A stretch of DNA of 63,949 nucleotides, counting the filler, from Perkinsus chesapeaki ATCC PRA-425 (lineage: Eukaryota > Protista > Perkinsozoa), in NCBI GenBank assembly GCA_013115145.1. It is 10 parts of 10 records of this genome, joined end to end, with 100 filler letters (N's around TTAATTAATTAA, not from the genome) between each part and the next. Parts side by side here need not be neighbours in the genome. Positions count along the whole stretch, not along the records: positions 57,877 to 61,480 come from JAAPAO010001381.1; positions 61,581 to 62,841 come from JAAPAO010002072.1; positions 62,942 to 63,949 come from JAAPAO010002287.1; 7 more parts are not named here. One strand, given 5' to 3'. Below the pieces are notes generated by a model, which had not been told where the DNA came from, made no database searches, and worked only from the letters and a program-made list of their open reading frames with translations. Made by a program: the position numbers and the translations under genes. This document shows positions 59,232 through 63,949 of this stretch, piece by piece (position 1 is the stretch's first letter; the number at the start of each line of letters is the position of its first letter).

Positions 59232-60676
59232 GAAGACATTATGTCTGTGCAGTGAGTACTATTGCTGAGGCTCTACTCGTGGTGCTTAGTTATTGTTGTT
59301 TTGTCATCCACTAAGTGGCGACTATCATTATCATCACCCTCAGTATGTAACGGTTGCTGTTGTTTATCGTGTGGAATAGTTCCTCAATGATGAGTTCACA
59401 AGCCACCGAGACCATACTGTGGAGGTTTTCCGTTGTCGGTGGTAACTGAGTGCTAGTGAGAATGAGGCAGTTAGTCTCAATTTCAACTAATACAGTTTCG
59501 TTATTGCGATTCCTATCTTACCTTTGTGTTTAGTTTCTCTGTCAATTCCCTGTTTCGGGACAGGGGTGAATGTAGGCCTTAAGGAATCTTTATTGACCTT
59601 AATGACCTGAGCAATCTACTAGTAGAACACAACGCTCATTGTGTGCACTGTCCCTAGCAAATGTGTCTTTTTGATTAGCTAGTCTAATGAGGCTATTATG
59701 ACAAGTTGTTGACCTTGCTAAGTGTTGCTGTTGTCGTGAAGTCTGTCGTGAATGAGGTTTCACTCTAATGTTTGTGATAATCATGTATTCACTCTCTTGT
59801 ACCATTCCTCTACGTACTCAAAAGAGCTGCAGTGAGTGGAGTTCCTCTCCTTTTGCAATCTGTATTCCTGCCGGCGAGGTAGTTGTATTACCCATTATCG
59901 GTTTTGGAATATATAGCTATGTTTAGATAAGAATCTGAGTAAAATTTTGCGTAAATTTCAGAATAAAACGCCTTGAGCCAGAAAGAGCGTAACTCTCTGA
60001 GCGTATTATCTGCGCCGATTTGGTCAGGAAATTTGAAGCTGGATTTAGTAAGGACGATATACATTCCAACACTGCTCGTGACCCTATTTGCTGAAGGATA
60101 TGGTGGAAGTACGTCACTTTTTCCATCCTATTGCTGCCACGGGGCGATTGTCGCCCGTACACTCGCCGCGTAGATGTGTTGATCGAGAGTTGGTTTGTGG
60201 AGACACTACCGTGTCTTATGAGAACGCCGTCTTCAGTCTATCGGCCCTCTTGGCCGCAATTTGATAATATTGGCATCCTCGAACCATAACCATTATGTAA
60301 GCGAGTCCTCGTTCATCCCGGTTGTTATAGGGCTCTTGTGTTCGCCTATCTATTTCAACTGCCATACAGTAGAGCTAGTTGGTGCGTTACTTCGTACCTC
60401 CTGTCCCCTTTTGTGTCCGTTTTAGTATGAACAATGTTATCTTCTCATTACCACCCTATAATATCATATGGAGAGATGAACTGGTCGAACGGAACTTAGC
60501 AAGATTCTCTCGAAATAGCCTACTGTTCCGCCAAGAGTGGCAGACGTCTACCACCCTCCTAATTTGGAATCGAATTGGGAACTATAAGGCAGGATCGCTC
60601 CAAGTTGAATAACAAGAACATCGTTCTCAATGACATGAGATTGATAATCATCTTGAGAGCACATCTTTTTAAAGCT

Positions 60677-61102
60677 TCACAGATGCGTTTCTATGCATTT
60701 GCCGGGGGATAGCTGGTATTGCCTGCGATGGTAAAGAATCGTCACGCGTTCTCTATCGGGATCGTAGCGGAATTCCTTGAAGTCGCCGTCGGACACATCA
60801 GCCGCGGGGCAGTACTCGTTTACTTCATCGACAAATGCGGTGTAAATCATCATGCCACTTTCCGATACCGTGAAGTAGTTGGCTGATTTGGTATCGAGGT
60901 CTATGTAACCGGCGTCGGTCGGGTCGTCATCGAAATAGAAGACAGGGGCTATAGAGAACCGGGAATCTCGTTTTCTCCAGTGGATTTGAAAGCAGTGGTG
61001 CTCATTGAAATTAGCCTTGAAGTAGCCCATGGGTGGGATGCTATGTCTGATGGCACCTACAAGTGTTAGTACAGATACGAGAGGTGACTTTCTCATTGGC
61101 AT
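60677..61102 (-). CDS. Secreted hypothetical protein, 141 aa, intronless
   Basis: Hydrophobic N-terminus (PLVSVLTLVGAI), P-x-G-Y-like motif after it, 3 Cys including a terminal L-x-x-G-x-C. Confidence 0.6.
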   Translation of the reverse strand: MPMRKSPLVSVLTLVGAIRHSIPPMGYFKANFNEHHCFQIHWRKRDSRFSIAPVFYFDDDPTDAGYIDLDTKSANYFTVSESGMMIYTAFVDEVNEYCPAADVSDGDFKEFRYDPDRERVTILYHRRQYQLSPGKCIETHL

Positions 61103-61580
61103 TTAGAAGCAAAGCTGCAGTGAGACAAAATGGAGAATTTTAACGATAATACAATCAACCAGTTTATATTACAGCAAGAGGATAGTGAAAGATGATGAAT
61201 CTTAGGTCGAATAGTGCACCCCATCCCACTGGAGTTATAGCGCGTCTATACTTGAGGGAATCCATTGTGACCTTAAGGCCAGATCTATAACTTTAAATGA
61301 AACCTTGAGGTCCTCACCATAGTACTGTATATGATAAGATCCAGATATATGATGCTCACCAATTACTTCCCTTGAGGACTCCCTGGAGAGATACAATTCC
61401 CTATAGTCCGCCCGTTCAATAGACAAGGCTTCGCGCGATTCTGGAACCGTTTCTGAGAATCGATTTTAAAAATCGTTTCCNNNNNNNNNNNNNNNNNNNN
61501 NNNNNNNNNNNNNNNNNNNNNNNNTTAATTAATTAANNNNNNNNNNNNNNNNNNNNNNNNNNNNNNNNNNNNNNNNNNNN

Positions 61581-62841
61581 AACCTAGGGTTCGTCCTATC
61601 TTTCCTTGTATTGGGATTAACAAACTTCTCAAGCGATATGGTCGACTCCAGTTAAGCTGGAGCAGTTGTACAATTTGGCCAGGTCGAGTGACCGTTTAAT
61701 TCTGCTCGATCTGTATGATGCATTTATGCATCTTGTGACCGGAGTTAATCTCCAGAAATTGTTAACGGTGATTGATCCCTTGGGAGATCGATATTTTGCT
61801 ACTCGGTATATCTATGGTTTGAGCCTTAGTCCATGCATCCTCGAAGTAGCATGCCACTACTTAATCGCACGTCATACATCACAGATAATCCCTCCAGCAC
61901 TACTATCAACATCATCACAATCTGCCGATACCTCCATACCCTCTCCCTTACCAGATGAGCCTACTTTACTTTTAGACTGCACGTTTGAGTTCTTCGTGCA
62001 AGAGAACGTTGACGTACACAATGTGTACTACACATAGTCAGCTACATGGATGATATCACCTTTTTCCTTTCTTCCTACGCTGCTAAGTCAATATCACCGC
62101 AAACCTTCATCGCCAACATCTCAAATGTAGCAGAAGATTACACACTTCAGTTCAAACCTGCAAAAATTACAATCGTGCACGATGAGGCTGAGGTTTTTAC
62201 TCTCGGGTTTACTTTATACGACCACGGCCAATACATATCTGTTGCCGAAAAGCATTGGCTCGCAGTGCTCAATTGGGAATGGCCTCCCGTTATAACCTAC
62301 AGGCAGGTGCTTTCCTTCCTTGGGAAGATACCCACACTTTACCCATCGTTAATACCGGATCACACGGTGGTCATTAAGCACGCCTTCCAGGCGCTATTGA
62401 GCAAAGCGCGTGATCTCAGTTGCCAAGAACACAACGTCAAACCTACTCTTAAACGTTCTTGGGATCTACAGGTTCCTCCTGATATACTTGATCTGTTACA
62501 GCGCTATCAGGATCTACTTGAATCCTGCGTTAGGCCTAGAGTTCCACGTGTTCTTCCGCGTGATGTTACGCTTGATTTGTATTGTGATGCATCAAGTTAT
62601 ATGCTAGGTTTCGTACTAGTTGATCCTGCTCATCCGCATATACCTCTTATGAAACAGCAGTTTTTACTTCGTGATCCGCGCGCTCGGCATGTTCATATAT
62701 CTGTTAAGGAGTTACAGAGCATTCTGTACAGTATGTCTGCTATTCGTACGCACCAGTTATATAGCGGTCGACGCTTTAACTTATGTATTAGGTCAGATAA
62801 TGTCACCGCATGCAAAATTATTACTACTCGTAGGGTTTCCT
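61581..62841 (+). mobile_element. Frameshifted retroelement pol fragment: reverse transcriptase + RNase H, DIRS/YR-like
   Basis: KPRVRPIFPCIGINKLL; LLDLYDAFMHL; YIYGLSLSP; IVSYMDD; RNase H LYCDASSYMLG...HISVKELQSIL...IRSDNVTA. Frame changes near 61640-61665 and 62013-62037. Confidence 0.85.
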
Positions 62842-63561
62842 NNNNNNNNNNNNNNNNNNNNNNNNNNNNNNNNNNNNNNNNNNNNTTAATTAATTAANNN
62901 NNNNNNNNNNNNNNNNNNNNNNNNNNNNNNNNNNNNNNNNNAGTAGCGATTAGTTAAGATTGCAAGAATAACAAAGACGGAACAGAATCACACTATAATT
63001 GTTGTCTCTCTACAAGGACTCGCATCATAGAGCGACCCCGGAACTGACGCCGCTACTAAGTCGCTCTGTGCTTACTCTAGTTCCAGCAGTCAATGGCTCC
63101 TATCGGAGAAAAGACAAGCTAGCTGAACCTCGTTACAAGATTGCATGCTATTCCTAGTCTGACTGGTAGACTGGTAATCACGAGTATCGATCGAACGCGA
63201 TGAATTTTCAAAGCAGTTTCGCTTCCGGGCAATGTTGCTTCACCAGGAAGTCGCAGGTTGAAGAGAGATCTCAGGATACGGGCGACAATACAAATGACTC
63301 CATCGTTCAGGTTGAACACAACAATAACAGTGTCCGTCCAGCTCGTATCGAAGCGTTTATAGTCTGACATCTCAGGACGAGAATCTACTCGAATAGAAAG
63401 AAGACCATCTTCGGTTCCAAAACCGACTAGGTCTCGCGGAGACGACAGAAAGCTGTTTTACAAAGACAAAGCTTGTTCAGGTTGACAACTAGAGCCTGCC
63501 TTACAGGCTCTAACAGAATCACGACCGTAGTAGCCAAATCGGCCTAAGCTACCATAGAGCC

Positions 63562-63949
63562 GGGCTCAGCAGTAGTTGTAAAGCCAGGCTCGGTAGTAGC
63601 TGTGAGCCCAGGCTAAGTAGTATTTGTGGGCCCAGGCTCAGAAGGAGCTGTAGGCCCAGGCTCAGAAGTAGTTGCGGGACCAGGCTCAGTAGTAGTTGTC
63701 GGCCCAGGCTCGGTAGTAGCTGTGGGGCCAGGCTCAGTAGTGGTTGTGGGCCCAGGCTCAGTAGTAGTTGTGGGCCCAGGCTCAGTAGTAGCTGTAGGAC
63801 CGGGTTCAGTAGTAGTTGTGGGGCCAGGCTCAGAAGAAGTTGTGGGACCAGGCTCAGTAGTAGTTGTGGGCCCAGGCTCAGTAGTAGTTGTGGGCCCAGG
63901 CTCAGTAGTAGTTGTGGGCTCGGGTTCAGTAGTAGTTGTGGGGCCAGGC
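63562..63949. repeat. 24-bp coding minisatellite (GGGCCCAGGCTCAGTAGTAGTTGT), ~16 units
   Basis: Directly visible tandem units with mostly third-position variation. Confidence 0.97.
63613..63949 (-). CDS. Mucin-like Pro/Thr repeat region (PGPTTTTE)n, 5' end beyond the window
   Basis: Minus-strand frame open from the window edge through ~14 octapeptide units to TAG at 63613-63615. Confidence 0.7.
   Translation of the reverse strand, partial: PGPTTTTEPEPTTTTEPGPTTTTEPGPTTTTEPGPTTSSEPGPTTTTEPGPTATTEPGPTTTTEPGPTTTTEPGPTATTEPGPTTTTEPGPATTSEPGPTAPSEPGPTNTT

Noticed and set aside
61640-62040. Programmed -1 frameshifting in the RT
   Set aside because: Two shifts within the RT core and no clear slippery heptamer; decay or sequencing error is more parsimonious.
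63562-63949. 24-bp repeats as a CRISPR-like array
   Set aside because: Head-to-tail units without spacers, with codon-structured variation; coding minisatellite in a eukaryote.

Overview
Eukaryotic, intron-rich protist scaffold segment, inferred to be Perkinsus or a close alveolate relative from the alveolate-type Hsp70, short ~40-60 nt introns and lineage-style secreted proteins. It is broken by nine 100-nt assembly gaps carrying a TTAATTAATTAA linker, so adjacency across gaps is not guaranteed. Recognisable genes: four intronless amino-acid transporter (Aa_trans/AAAP) paralogues surrounding two spliced, N-terminally hydrophobic diamine-acetyltransferase-like GNATs; mitochondrial-type uL13; cytosolic Hsp70 plus the 3' end of a second tandem copy; CFAP298; a GT61-like glycosyltransferase; an FkbM methyltransferase; exosome RRP4; a GT10 fucosyltransferase; V-ATPase subunit E; several secreted Cys-rich orphans; and a mucin-like PGPTTTTE repeat. 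Mobile-element debris: gag-like ORFs, a Ty3/Gypsy integrase with PPT and short LTR, a frameshifted DIRS-like RT/RNase H, a MITE-like family and two tRNA-derived relics. The most striking non-gene signal is a strong excess of perfect palindromes with a single central base. A tandem duplication at 29.6-29.8 kb appears to capture one being created by a forward-reverse-forward template switch. No CRISPR, rRNA or intact tRNA was found. All calls come from manual reading; no database search was run.
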